Positions 31,639-42,186 of a stretch of DNA of 64,000 nucleotides are shown in pieces; the first letter of the stretch is position 1, and every line of letters starts with the position of its first letter. Origin of the DNA: an uncultured delta proteobacterium. Lineage in GTDB: Bacteria; Myxococcota; Myxococcia; Myxococcales; Anaeromyxobacteraceae. Made by a program: the position numbers and the translations under genes. The stretch spans positions 32,001 through 96,000 of the forward strand of contig CAWHDZ010000031.1 of the NCBI GenBank assembly GCA_963828255.1. Direction: 5' to 3'. Under the pieces are notes generated by a model. That model was not told the origin of the DNA, ran no database searches, and was given only the letters and a program-made list of their open reading frames with translations.

Positions 31639-32422
31639 GAACGCATCTCACAACTGGGTAGCGGCTAAGTCCGCGACCTTCGATCAGAAACCGTCGGCCG
31701 TCGGTCGGAAGATCGACGGCCGATCTCGTTTGTGATCTGAAGCTTGGGATGGACATCACCGACGAGCAGTGGGAACTCGTCCGGCCATCGATCCCCGAGC
31801 CGGAGACGCTTCAGCCCGGACCCAAGGGCGGCAGGCCCTAACGCGACCCGCGCGACGTGCTCAACGCCGTGCTCTGGGTTCTCCGCACTGGCGCACCGTG
31901 GGCTGACCTTCCGGGGCGCTACCCGCCGTACCAGACGTGCCACCGCCGCTTCCAGCAGTGGGTGAAGTCCGGGGTCCTCTTGTTGGGATCACTCGCCGCG
32001 GCAAGGCGACCAAGATCATGGCAGTGGCAGACCGCCATGGCCTTCCTATCGCCGTTGGGATTGCGAGTGGTCAGCGAAATGAGCAGAAGCTCGTCGTTGA
32101 AACCCTGAAGGCTCGCTTCGTCGAGCCGTTGCCCGAGAAACTCATCGGCGACAAGGCCTACGACAGCGACCCGCTCGACGCAGAGCTCGCCCAGGTCGGC
32201 GTCGAGATGATCTCGCCGCACCACCCTCGACGACGCCGCAAGACCCAGGACGGCCGGAAGCTACGCCGCTACCGTCACCGTTGGCGCATCGAGCGGCTCT
32301 TCGCCTGGTTGCTCCGGCAGCGACGACTCGTCAGTCGATGGGAATGGAAGGCCGAGAACTTCCTCGGCCTTCTCCAACTCGCCTGCGCCCAGATCCTCTG
32401 GAGGAGGTTCTGAGATGCGTTC
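31639..32422 (+). mobile_element. Degenerate IS5-family (IS427-group-like) insertion sequence
   Basis: Terminal inverted repeats GAACGCATCTCACAAC / GAACGCATCTCAGAAC (15/16); flanked by TA at 31637-38 and 32423-24. Confidence 0.9.
31749..32413 (+). pseudogene. IS5-family transposase pseudogene
   Basis: MDITDEQW..., VLRTGAPWADLP, GDKAYDS, RWRIERLFAWL; in-frame TAA at 31839; frame change and missing first-Asp segment near 31980. Confidence 0.9.
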
Positions 32423-33144
32423 TAGTCGTTGCGCTTGTCGCCCCTGTCGTGATCGTCGCGCCTGTTGTCGTGGTCGTCGCGATCCGGCCCGCGCGACTGC
32501 ATGTGCGGGCCCTGCCTGCGCAGCTCCTGGTAGGCCTGCTTCACCCTCGCGTCCCGCGGACGGTACTTGTACTGGGTGCCCTGGAGCGCCTGCTGGTGGA
32601 TCCACTGCGGGTACTGGCCCCCCGCATACCGCCTCTGGTAGGTGGGGAGCGGAGCGGGCCGAGGCGCCGCCTGCCGGTCCCACCTGTTCCATCCTTTGCG
32701 CTGCTGCTGCCATTCCTGGCCCCAGTGATCCCCCCATCGCGGCGCCGCGTCGGCGCGCCAGCCCTGGAAGTACGGCGGGGGCTGCCGGTAGTAGCGGACC
32801 GGGACCCGGAGGACGAAGGCAGGAACGCCCTGGGGCGCCACCTGCGCCCACGGGCCGTTGTACCAGGAGCTCGCGTACCAGCTGTCGCCCTGGAAGACCC
32901 AGTACATCCCGTCGTAGAAGAAGTAGTTCGAGTTCCCGTCCGGCGCGTAATAGACCGGGTAGCCGGGAACCCGGACCATCTGTGGATATTCCGGCTGGTT
33001 GATGCCGATCTGGACCGCAGGGAGGCCGATCTGCAGGCTGACCTGGGCGACCGCAGTGTCCAGCGGGACGAGCATCAATCCCGCCACGAGGAGCAGGGAA
33101 CCGACCCCTGCCCTTCCCTTCGCGTTCTTGATCGGGGCGGTCAT
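32422..33144 (-). CDS. Secreted Trp/Tyr/Pro-rich protein with charged low-complexity tail
   Basis: Signal peptide; VPGYPVYYAP..NYFFYDGMYWV..WYASSWYNGPW; its stop codon is supplied by the IS end. Confidence 0.75.
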   Translation of the reverse strand: MTAPIKNAKGRAGVGSLLLVAGLMLVPLDTAVAQVSLQIGLPAVQIGINQPEYPQMVRVPGYPVYYAPDGNSNYFFYDGMYWVFQGDSWYASSWYNGPWAQVAPQGVPAFVLRVPVRYYRQPPPYFQGWRADAAPRWGDHWGQEWQQQRKGWNRWDRQAAPRPAPLPTYQRRYAGGQYPQWIHQQALQGTQYKYRPRDARVKQAYQELRRQGPHMQSRGPDRDDHDNRRDDHDRGDKRND

Positions 33145-33146
33145 GG

Positions 33147-33683
33147 CTACCCGGTGATGGCGTCGTAGGTGAACTTCTGGCCGCCGACGCTGGCCTCTGC
33201 CATCAGGCCGCCCCTGGCAAGCGTGAAGACCGCCACGCCGTCCTTGTAGACGGCGTCGGCCGAGGCCCCGCTCTTGAGCGCAACCGCGCTCACCTGCGCG
33301 GCCATGGTCCACTCGCCCTTCTTGAAGGATGCGAGGGCCTCGGCGGTCTCGAAGTAGATGATCTCGGAATAGGACTGTCCGCCGATCTGCGCGCCGACGG
33401 TGACCTGGGAGAGCGTGGTCCTGCCCACGGCCTTGCCCTTCTCGAAGACGATGCCCGATCCGCCGGCGCCGCCGATGACCAGCCCACCCTTTGCGACACG
33501 GGGGAACACGGCATATCCGGCTGCGCTGTCGAGGAACTTCGCCTGGCCGGCATCGGCATTCCGGATCTCGGTGCGGGCCTGCTCGGCCTCCTGGACGGTG
33601 GCGTCTGCTGCGTGGACGGCGAGGGGCATCGCCAGGAATGCGGCGAGGCCGGCGACGATGGACAGCTTTCGAGTCACGTTCAT
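33147..33683 (-). CDS. YSC84/SYLF lipid-binding domain protein
   Basis: Signal peptide; YAVFP.V.KGGLVIGG..G.G, GAQIGGQ, GGLMAEASVGGQKF. Confidence 0.85.
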   Translation of the reverse strand: MNVTRKLSIVAGLAAFLAMPLAVHAADATVQEAEQARTEIRNADAGQAKFLDSAAGYAVFPRVAKGGLVIGGAGGSGIVFEKGKAVGRTTLSQVTVGAQIGGQSYSEIIYFETAEALASFKKGEWTMAAQVSAVALKSGASADAVYKDGVAVFTLARGGLMAEASVGGQKFTYDAITG

Positions 33684-33881
33684 GTGATCGCTCTCTCTCT
33701 GCGGACGTGGTGGGGGTGAGGTGCTTCGACCCGGCGGCCTTCGGACAGCGCCCGCAGCGTCGCGTGGGGTGTGAGGGTGTATGCCGGTTGGTCCGGCTCG
33801 CTGCAGGGGGCATCCGGGTCTGCGGGCTTGCCCCTACGCGCAGGGGGGGCTCGCGCTCGCGGGCGTGGTACGGTCGACCGG

Positions 33882-35546
33882 ATGCAGGCCGCACTGCAGG
33901 GACGGGAAAGGCTCCATGGAGCACTGCGGGTGATGGTCGCCCTCACCGGCCTCCTCATCCACGCCGGGGACCCGAACGAGAGCCCGGGCCGCAGGCCCTT
34001 TGTGCAGGCGGTGCTGCTGCTCTTCCTGGCGTACGCGCTCGTGGCGTACTTCCTGGCGGTTCGCCGCTCCCGACCCGTCCCGGCGTCGGTCGCTCCCTGG
34101 ATCGATCTCGCCTGGGTGACGCTCCTCGTCGCGGTGAGTGCCGGCACCAGCAGCCTCTTCTTTCCGCTCTACTTCTTTCCGATCCTGGAGGCCTCGTTCG
34201 GGCGCGGCTTCCGCTCCGGGATCGTGGTGGTCGTCGTGGCCGCGACCGGATTCGCGGTGGTGGGGTTCGCCACGGCTCCTCGTCATGCCGGGCTCAACCT
34301 CAGCACGTACCTCGTCTCGCCGCTCTACCTGCTCGTGCTCGGATACCTCGCGTCTGTCTGGGGCGCCGTCGAGGTCCGGTCCCGGGAACGACTGGCGCTG
34401 CTCCGGGACGTGACCCGTCTCTCCAATCCGCGGTTTGGCGTCGACCGGATGGTCGGGCGGTTCCTCGAGTCGATCCGCCAGTTCTATTCGGCCGACTCCT
34501 GTCGTCTGGTGGTGCACGAGACCCGGACAGGCCGCCGATGGATCCGGGGCACCCGCCAGGAGGCAACGGGTTCATCCGAGCAGGTGATGCTCCCGGGCAA
34601 ACTGGCCGAGCAGCTACTCCCCGAGCCGCAGGATGCGGCGATCCTCGTCCACGTCCGTCGACGCCCGTGGCACGGGCGCGAGGTCGTCGTGGAACGGCTC
34701 GACGTGGACGGTCACCCCCTCGCCCCCGATGACGCGCGCTCGGCGGAGGCCCTACTCGAGGCGCTCGACGCCGGGGCGGTCCTCTCCGTGCCTTTCCGCT
34801 ACCACGCCAGCGCGATCGGACGCCTCCACGTGGCGCGTCGGGAGCCGCGTCCCTTCGATCGGGTCGAGGCCGAGTTCATGCGCCACGTCCTGGAGCAGGT
34901 CGTGCCGGCACTGGAGAACCTCCGGTTGGTGGACCGCCTGGCCTCCGATGCGGCGGACGAGGAACGCCGCCGCATCGCCCGTGACCTCCACGATTCCGTC
35001 ATCCAGCCGTACCTGGGGCTCCGGATGGGTCTCTCGGCGGCACGCGCGACACTGGCCGCAGGCAGGCTCCAGGAGGGCGAGGCCCAACTCGGACGGCTCG
35101 CCGAGCTGACGGAGGGCGAGATCGAGACGCTCCGAGGCTACGTCCGCGCACTTCGCGGATACGAGGGAGAATCCGGCGGCGGCCTCCTCGATGCCGGCCT
35201 GAGGCGACTGTGCACCCGCTTCTCGGAGGCGACGGGCATCCACGTCGACGCCCAGGTGGAGGGCCAGCCCCTGCACAACGACCGCCTGGCGGCCGAGGTG
35301 TTCCAGATGGTGGCGGAGGCGCTTTCGAACGTCCGGCGCCACACGGCGGCCGCACAGGTGGACGTCCGGATCCGGACGGCCGACAACCGGGTCCTGCTCA
35401 CCGTTTCGAACGACGCCGCCCCGGCGGGGGGCGCATCCTTTCTCCCGCGTTCGCTCGCCGAGCGCACCGCATCGCTGGGGGGGACCCTCCGGGTCGCTCA
35501 ACCGGCTGCCGGCACCACCACGGTGGAGATCGCAATTCCGCTCTAG
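33882..35546 (+). CDS. Membrane sensor histidine kinase (HisKA_3 type, GAF-like domain) with degenerate ATP-binding boxes
   Basis: ~5 TM segments; EERRRIARDLHDSVIQ H-box; EALSNVRRH N-box; start codon uncertain. Confidence 0.85.
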   Translation: MQAALQGRERLHGALRVMVALTGLLIHAGDPNESPGRRPFVQAVLLLFLAYALVAYFLAVRRSRPVPASVAPWIDLAWVTLLVAVSAGTSSLFFPLYFFPILEASFGRGFRSGIVVVVVAATGFAVVGFATAPRHAGLNLSTYLVSPLYLLVLGYLASVWGAVEVRSRERLALLRDVTRLSNPRFGVDRMVGRFLESIRQFYSADSCRLVVHETRTGRRWIRGTRQEATGSSEQVMLPGKLAEQLLPEPQDAAILVHVRRRPWHGREVVVERLDVDGHPLAPDDARSAEALLEALDAGAVLSVPFRYHASAIGRLHVARREPRPFDRVEAEFMRHVLEQVVPALENLRLVDRLASDAADEERRRIARDLHDSVIQPYLGLRMGLSAARATLAAGRLQEGEAQLGRLAELTEGEIETLRGYVRALRGYEGESGGGLLDAGLRRLCTRFSEATGIHVDAQVEGQPLHNDRLAAEVFQMVAEALSNVRRHTAAAQVDVRIRTADNRVLLTVSNDAAPAGGASFLPRSLAERTASLGGTLRVAQPAAGTTTVEIAIPL

Positions 35547-35559
35547 GATCGAGGATGCT

Positions 35560-36210
35560 TTGAATCCCACCCGCCTGTTCGTCATCGACGATCACCCCGT
35601 CCTCCGGGAGGGCATCAAGATGCTCGCCGAGTCGGCCGGGGACGTTCACGTCGTCGGCGCCAGCGCCAGCGCCAGCGGTGCGATCGACTCGCTGGCGCGA
35701 CTCGAGCCCGACGTGGTGCTCCTGGACCTCGATCTGGGCGAGGAGGACGGGCTGGCCTGGCTCCCCCGCCTGGCCCAGGCGGCGCCCCGGGCGGCGATCC
35801 TGATCCTCACCGCCCTGCGAGACCGCGCCCGGGACGAGGAGGCCCTGCGCGCCGGTGCGCGCGGGCTCCTGCTCAAGGACGCTCCCCCAGACGTGCTCCT
35901 GAAGGCGATCCGATCCGTCGCCGCAGGTGCGCTCTGGTTCGATCCGCGGTCCCTCGCCGCCCAGCGGGCCGAGCCACCCTCCGTCCCGGAACCGGCCGGG
36001 ATCCTGGATCTCACCGCGCGTGAACGTGACGTCGTCGCCCTGGTCGCGGAGGGGATGCGGAACGAGGAGGTCGGACGCCGGCTCGGGATCTCCGAGAAGA
36101 CCGTACGCAACCACCTCACCGCCGCCTTCCAGAAGCTGGGTGTCTCGGGGCGACTCGAACTGGTCCTCCTGGCGGCCCGGCACGGGCTATCCACCGGCCG
36201 GCGGCCCTGA
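35560..36210 (+). CDS. NarL/FixJ-family response regulator
   Basis: DDHPVLREG, DVVLLDL, LLKD, LTARERDV...ISEKTVRNH. Confidence 0.93.
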   Translation: MNPTRLFVIDDHPVLREGIKMLAESAGDVHVVGASASASGAIDSLARLEPDVVLLDLDLGEEDGLAWLPRLAQAAPRAAILILTALRDRARDEEALRAGARGLLLKDAPPDVLLKAIRSVAAGALWFDPRSLAAQRAEPPSVPEPAGILDLTARERDVVALVAEGMRNEEVGRRLGISEKTVRNHLTAAFQKLGVSGRLELVLLAARHGLSTGRRP

Positions 36211-36246
36211 TCGCCTCGACGGCGTGCCAGCCTGAATCCAGGACGA

Positions 36247-36414
36247 CGGGACGTTCGTCCCGGTAGCTGGAAGAAAATTTGCGGACCTGCAGATAAATAC
36301 TCTTGAATATCATTGCATTGAGTGTTTGACGCAGCGGTTGCGCGCATTTGTCGCGCCGAGACTTGCCCGCTTTGTCCCGGCGTGCTATTGGGACAGTATA
36401 GGTCAATTGTCCCG
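36247..36414. promoter_or_regulatory. Cluster of GGGAC-N4-GTCCC-type palindromes and half-sites
   Basis: Perfect CGGGAC-gttc-GTCCCG at 36247-36262; TAGGTC-aatt-GTCCCG at 36399-36414; ttGTCCCG at 36372; ttGTCGCG at 36348. Confidence 0.5.
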
Positions 36415-36473
36415 GTATCGATATTCCAGATCGAAATCTCACCCAGCCTTCAAGCCACTTCGAGGTGCACCCC

Positions 36474-36647
36474 ATGAAGACTTCCGCCACACGCATCGCC
36501 ATCGCAACCGCCGGCACCAGCCTCGCCACCTCAGCCCAGGCCGCCGAGACAACCTATGCCGGGATGAGTGTCGCGGCGTGGGGCTCGGTTCTCGCCGTCC
36601 TCGGCGTCGTCCTCGCCCTCGTATGGGTCTACAAGAAGACCAACTGA
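36474..36647 (+). CDS. 57-aa protein: signal peptide + single TM + basic tail
   Basis: GAGGTG RBS; AQA cleavage motif; hydrophobic segment ending YKKTN. Confidence 0.6.
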   Translation: MKTSATRIAIATAGTSLATSAQAAETTYAGMSVAAWGSVLAVLGVVLALVWVYKKTN

Positions 36648-36699
36648 TCGGGCCTGCTCGCAAGGCGAGCCCGCACGCTGCAGGTAGGGGGGCCGCGGC

Positions 36700-37044
36700 T
36701 CAGATCACCTTGAGCCGCGCCCACCTGCTCCCGAGCCTCAGGCCTACCACGCCGGCCAGGATCAGCGCCGCCGATCCCACGCGGAGGGCAGTCGCCGCGT
36801 CGCCGAAGAAGAAGATGCCGACCGTGAACGCACCCACCGCGCCGATTCCCGTCCAGACCGCATAGGCGGTCCCCATCGGGATGGTCCGCTGCGCGAGGAA
36901 GAGGAGCACGCCGCTCGCGATCATGCAAAGGACCGCGAAGGCGATCCAGGTCGCGCGAACGCCCGAGGTGGTCCAGCCGAGTTTGAGGCCGATGGGCCAG
37001 CCGATCTCGCAGATGCCCGCAAGGAGGAGAAGTGTCCACGCCAT
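36700..37044 (-). CDS. SMR/DMT transporter, Gdx/SugE-like
   Basis: MAW..L.LAG.CEIGW, IPMGTAYAVWTGIGA. Confidence 0.9.
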   Translation of the reverse strand: MAWTLLLLAGICEIGWPIGLKLGWTTSGVRATWIAFAVLCMIASGVLLFLAQRTIPMGTAYAVWTGIGAVGAFTVGIFFFGDAATALRVGSAALILAGVVGLRLGSRWARLKVI

Positions 37045-37097
37045 CCGGGCAGGGAAGCAGAGCGCCTCGCCCGGTTGCGCCTCACCCGCGCCGCGGC

Positions 37098-37903
37098 TCA
37101 GCGCCCGAGCGCCTTCGCCAGCGACGCCACGAACCTGCGCACCCGCTCCGCCCGCGCCTTGCGCGCGCCCCCCTCGGCGACGCGCTGGACGATGGCGCTC
37201 CCCACCACGACCCCGTCGGCGATCTTGCCGACCGCCCGGGCCTGCGCCGGCGTTCCCACGCCGAAGCCCACCACCACCGGCACCGGGCTGCGCTTCCGTA
37301 CCGCCTTCACCTTCGCGCCCAGGTCGGCGGGGAGCGAGGTCCGCGCCCCGGTGACGCCGGCCACCGACACGAAGTAGACGAAGCCGGTGGCGGCGTCGCA
37401 GGCGGCCGCCACCCGGGCAGGCGTGGAGGTGGGAGCGAGCAGGAAGACCAGCTTCACGCCCCGTGCAGCGGCGGCGGCGCGAAACGGGCCGGCCTCCTCG
37501 GGCGGAAGGTCGGGCAGGATGAGCGCGTCCACGCCGGAGGCGACGCAACCGTCGAGGAAGCGCTCCTCGCCGTAGGCCAGCACCGGGTTCACGTAGCCCA
37601 TGAGGGCGATGGGGACGGGGGTGCGCTTCCGGACCTCGGCGGCGAGCTTCAAGCAGGAGGCGATGGTGGTGCCGGAGGCCAGCGCCCGCTCCCCCGCCCC
37701 CTGGATGGTCTTGCCGTCGGCGATGGGGTCGGAGAAGGGCATCCCGATCTCGAGGATGTCGGCGCCGCCGGCGGCGCAGGCGAGCGCCATGTCGCGGGAG
37801 GTGGCGAGATCGGGGTCGCCGGCCATGACGTAGGTGACCAGCGCAGCGGTGCCGCGATCCGAGGCGGCGCGGAAGGCGTCGGCGATGCGGTCGGGAGCCG
37901 GGG

Positions 37904-37907
<4 letters not shown>
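37098..37907 (-). CDS. trpA: Tryptophan synthase alpha
   Basis: [40 protein letters not shown]. Confidence 0.97.
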
Positions 37908-39186
<1,279 letters not shown>

Positions 39187-39190
<4 letters not shown>

Positions 39191-39810
39191 GGGATGAGGA
39201 CCTCGCGCACGGCGGTGACGAACCGGAGCATCCGGTCGGCGTCTTTCACTCCGGGTGACGACTCGACGCCGCTGGCCACGTCGACGGCCCAGGGGCGCAC
39301 GGCCCGGACGGCGTCGGCGACGTTCTCCGGTGTGAGGCCACCGGCCAGGATCACCGGCGCCGCCTCGGAGACCCCCTCGGCGAGCGACCAGTCGAAGGGA
39401 AGCCCGGTCCCGCCGTAGCCGCGCGACGGCGTGTCGAGGAGGAAGGCCTGGACCTCGTAGGAGAGGAGCTTCGAGAGGGTCGAGACCTGGTCGACCGGGA
39501 CGGCCTTCACCACGGGCAGGGGCAGCCGGGAGCAGAGCTCGGGCGGCTCGTCGCCGTGCAGCTGGAACACCTGGATGCCGGTCTCGGCGGCGATGGCGCG
39601 CATCTCCCCCTCGGACTGGTTCACGAAGACCCCTACCGGGGTCACGAAGGGCGGCAGGCGGGCGATGATCTGCCGGGCCGCGGCGGCCGTGACGTGGCGC
39701 TTCGACTTGGGCCAGAAGTTGAAGCCCAGTGCGTCGGCGCCGAGCCGGGAGGCGAGGAGCGCGTCCTCGATGCGGGTCACGCCGCAGATCTTGATGCGCA
39801 CGAACCTCAT
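39187..39810 (-). CDS. trpF: Phosphoribosylanthranilate isomerase
   Basis: [31 protein letters not shown]. Confidence 0.96.
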
Positions 39811-40592
39811 CGCGCCGCCGCCATCTCCGCCAGGAGGACGCCCGGGTCGGGCGCGCGGACCAGCGCCTCGCCCACCAGGAAGTTCGCCGCCCCGGCGCGG
39901 CGCAGCCGGGCCACGTCGGCCGCGGTGCGGATGCCGCTCTCGGCGACGCCGCGCACCGCGGCCGGGAGCGCGGCCAGCACGACCTCGCTCGCCGAGAGGT
40001 CCACCCGGAAGGTCCGGAGGTCGCGGTTGTTGACCCCCACGATGCGGGCTCCGGCGCGGACCGCCATCTCCGCCTCCGGGAGGTCGTGGACCTCCACCAG
40101 GGCCGAGAGCCCGAGCGCGGCGCACTCGTCCAGGCGCCGGCGCAGGAGGTCGCCCGGGAGGGCGGAGACGATGAGCAGGGCTGCGTCCGCGCCCCAGGCC
40201 CGGGCCTCGAGGAGCTGGTAGCGGGAGAGCACGAAGTCCTTGCGGAGCAGGGGCACCTGGACCCGCGCCCGGGCGGCGGCCAGGTCGTCGAGGGAGCCCC
40301 CGAAGCCGGGGCCGTCGGTGAGGACCGAGACGGCGGCGGCTCCCGCGGTGGCGTAGCGTGCAGCCTGGGCCGGGGCGTCGAGCCCGGAATCGATGGCGCC
40401 GGCCGAGGGACTGGCCCGCTTCACCTCGGCGATGATGCGGACCGGGCCGCCGGGGGGCGAGAGGGCGTCCTCCAGCCGGCGCGGGCGCGGTGTGTCGAGG
40501 GCCCGGGCCTCCAGCTCCGGCTCGGAGAGCACCGCCCGGCGCTCCTCCACCTCGCGCGCCTTCCTTGCGAGGATCTCGGCCAGGATGGTCAT
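39807..40592 (-). CDS. trpC: Indole-3-glycerol phosphate synthase
   Basis: [28 protein letters not shown]. Confidence 0.96.
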   Translation of the reverse strand: MTILAEILARKAREVEERRAVLSEPELEARALDTPRPRRLEDALSPPGGPVRIIAEVKRASPSAGAIDSGLDAPAQAARYATAGAAAVSVLTDGPGFGGSLDDLAAARARVQVPLLRKDFVLSRYQLLEARAWGADAALLIVSALPGDLLRRRLDECAALGLSALVEVHDLPEAEMAVRAGARIVGVNNRDLRTFRVDLSASEVVLAALPAAVRGVAESGIRTAADVARLRRAGAANFLVGEALVRAPDPGVLLAEMAAAR

Positions 40593-41596
40593 GCCCGGCT
40601 CACGGCGGCGAGCCGCTCGAGCTTCTCCGCGGCGGCGCCCCGGTCGATGGAGTCGGCGGCGAGGAGGACCCCGCTGCGCAGGTCGGGCGCAGCCCCCGCG
40701 GCGACCAGGGCGGCCGAGGCGTTGGCCAGCACCGCGTCGCGCGGCGCGCCCTTCGCGCCGGAGAGGACGTCGCGGGTGATGCGGGCGTTCTCCTCGGCGT
40801 CGCCGCCGGCCAGCGCCGCGGCGGGCCAGCGCGGGAGCCCCAGCTCCTCCGGCGTGATCTCGAAGGTCCGGACCGCCCCGTCCTTCACCTCGGCCACCTG
40901 GGTGACCCCGGTGACGGCGATCTCGTCGAGCCCCTCGCCGTGGACCACGAAGGCGTGGACCGAGCCCAGTGCGGCGAGCACCCCGCCGATGACGGGCACC
41001 CAGCGTGGCTCGTAGACCCCCATGACCTGGTGCCGTGCACCGGCCGGGCTGGCCAGCGGCCCGAGCAGGTTGAAGACGGTGCGGATGGCCAGCTCGCGCC
41101 GGATGCCGGCCACCGCCTTGAACGCGGGGTGAAGCCGGGGTGCGAAGAGGAAGCCGATGCCCACCTCGGCGATGCAGCGCTCCACCCGCTCCCGGGGCGC
41201 ATCGACGTCCACGCCCAGCGCGGCGAGCACGTCGGCCGATCCGCACCGGGAGGAGACCGAGCGGTTGCCGTGCTTCGCGACCACCACGCCGGCGCCGGCC
41301 ACGGCGAAGGCCGCGGTGGTGGAGATGTTGAAGGTGTTCTGTCCGTCGCCGCCGGTGCCGCAGGTGTCCACGAAGACCGCCTGATCCACCCGGACCCGCT
41401 CGGCGCGCTGCCGCATCACCTGGGCGGCGCCGGCGATCTCCTCGACCGTCTCCCCCTTGAGCCGCAGCGCGGCCAGGAAGGCGCCCACCTGGGCCGGCGT
41501 GGCGCCGCCGTCGGCGACCTCGCCCATGAGCTCCACCATCTCCGCGCGGGAGAGGTCCTTCCCGGCGACGAGCCGCCCGATGGCCTGCACGATCAC
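40589..41596 (-). CDS. trpD: Anthranilate phosphoribosyltransferase
   Basis: DTCGTGGDG, NISTT, KHGNRSVSS, RTVFNLLGPL. Confidence 0.97.
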   Translation of the reverse strand: MIVQAIGRLVAGKDLSRAEMVELMGEVADGGATPAQVGAFLAALRLKGETVEEIAGAAQVMRQRAERVRVDQAVFVDTCGTGGDGQNTFNISTTAAFAVAGAGVVVAKHGNRSVSSRCGSADVLAALGVDVDAPRERVERCIAEVGIGFLFAPRLHPAFKAVAGIRRELAIRTVFNLLGPLASPAGARHQVMGVYEPRWVPVIGGVLAALGSVHAFVVHGEGLDEIAVTGVTQVAEVKDGAVRTFEITPEELGLPRWPAAALAGGDAEENARITRDVLSGAKGAPRDAVLANASAALVAAGAAPDLRSGVLLAADSIDRGAAAEKLERLAAVSRA

Positions 41597-42186
41597 GGCC
41601 GCCTCCCGGCCCGCACGCGGGCCAGCCAGTTGCCCAGCAGCGCCTTGCCGTGGCCGGTCAGCACCGACTCCGGGTGGAACTGCACGCCCTCCACGTCGAG
41701 CTTGCGGTGGGAGAGTCCCATCACCTCGCCCTCGCGCGTCCAGGAGGTCACCGACAGCACCCGGGGGAGCGAGGAGCGCTCGACCACCAGGGAGTGGTAG
41801 CGCCCGGCCTCGAACGGGGAGGGGATCCCGGAGTAGATCCCGTCGCCGCGGTGGAGCACCGGGCTCGCCTTCCCGTGGACGATGCGCTCGTTGCGGATCA
41901 CCTTGCCGCCGAAGGCCTGCCCGATGGCCTGGTGCCCCAGGCAGACGCCCAGGATGGGCAGCGACCCGGCGAGCTCCCGGATGGCCGTGAGGCTCACGCC
42001 CGCCTCGTCGGGGGTGCAGGGGCCGGGCGAGATGACCAGACCGTGCGGGCGGAGCTTCTCGATCCCGGCCACGTCGATGGCGTCGTTGCGGAAGACGCGC
42101 ACGTCTGCGCCCAGCTCGCCCAGGTACTGGACCAGGTTCCAGGTGAAGGAGTCGTAGTTGTCCACGAGGACGAGGCGCGGCTTCAC
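41593..42186 (-). CDS. trpG: Anthranilate synthase component II (glutamine amidotransferase)
   Basis: DNYDSFT, SPGP, GVCLGHQ, RYHSL, QFHPES. Confidence 0.96.
   Translation of the reverse strand: MKPRLVLVDNYDSFTWNLVQYLGELGADVRVFRNDAIDVAGIEKLRPHGLVISPGPCTPDEAGVSLTAIRELAGSLPILGVCLGHQAIGQAFGGKVIRNERIVHGKASPVLHRGDGIYSGIPSPFEAGRYHSLVVERSSLPRVLSVTSWTREGEVMGLSHRKLDVEGVQFHPESVLTGHGKALLGNWLARVRAGRRP

Noticed and set aside
31960..31990. Programmed frameshift between IS5 orfA and orfB
   Set aside because: The usual A-rich slippery site and first catalytic Asp region appear deleted, and orfA has a premature TAA; this is decay.
36474..36647. Inovirus prophage suggested by the coat-like small protein
   Set aside because: No Zot/pI ATPase, replication initiator or other virion genes nearby.
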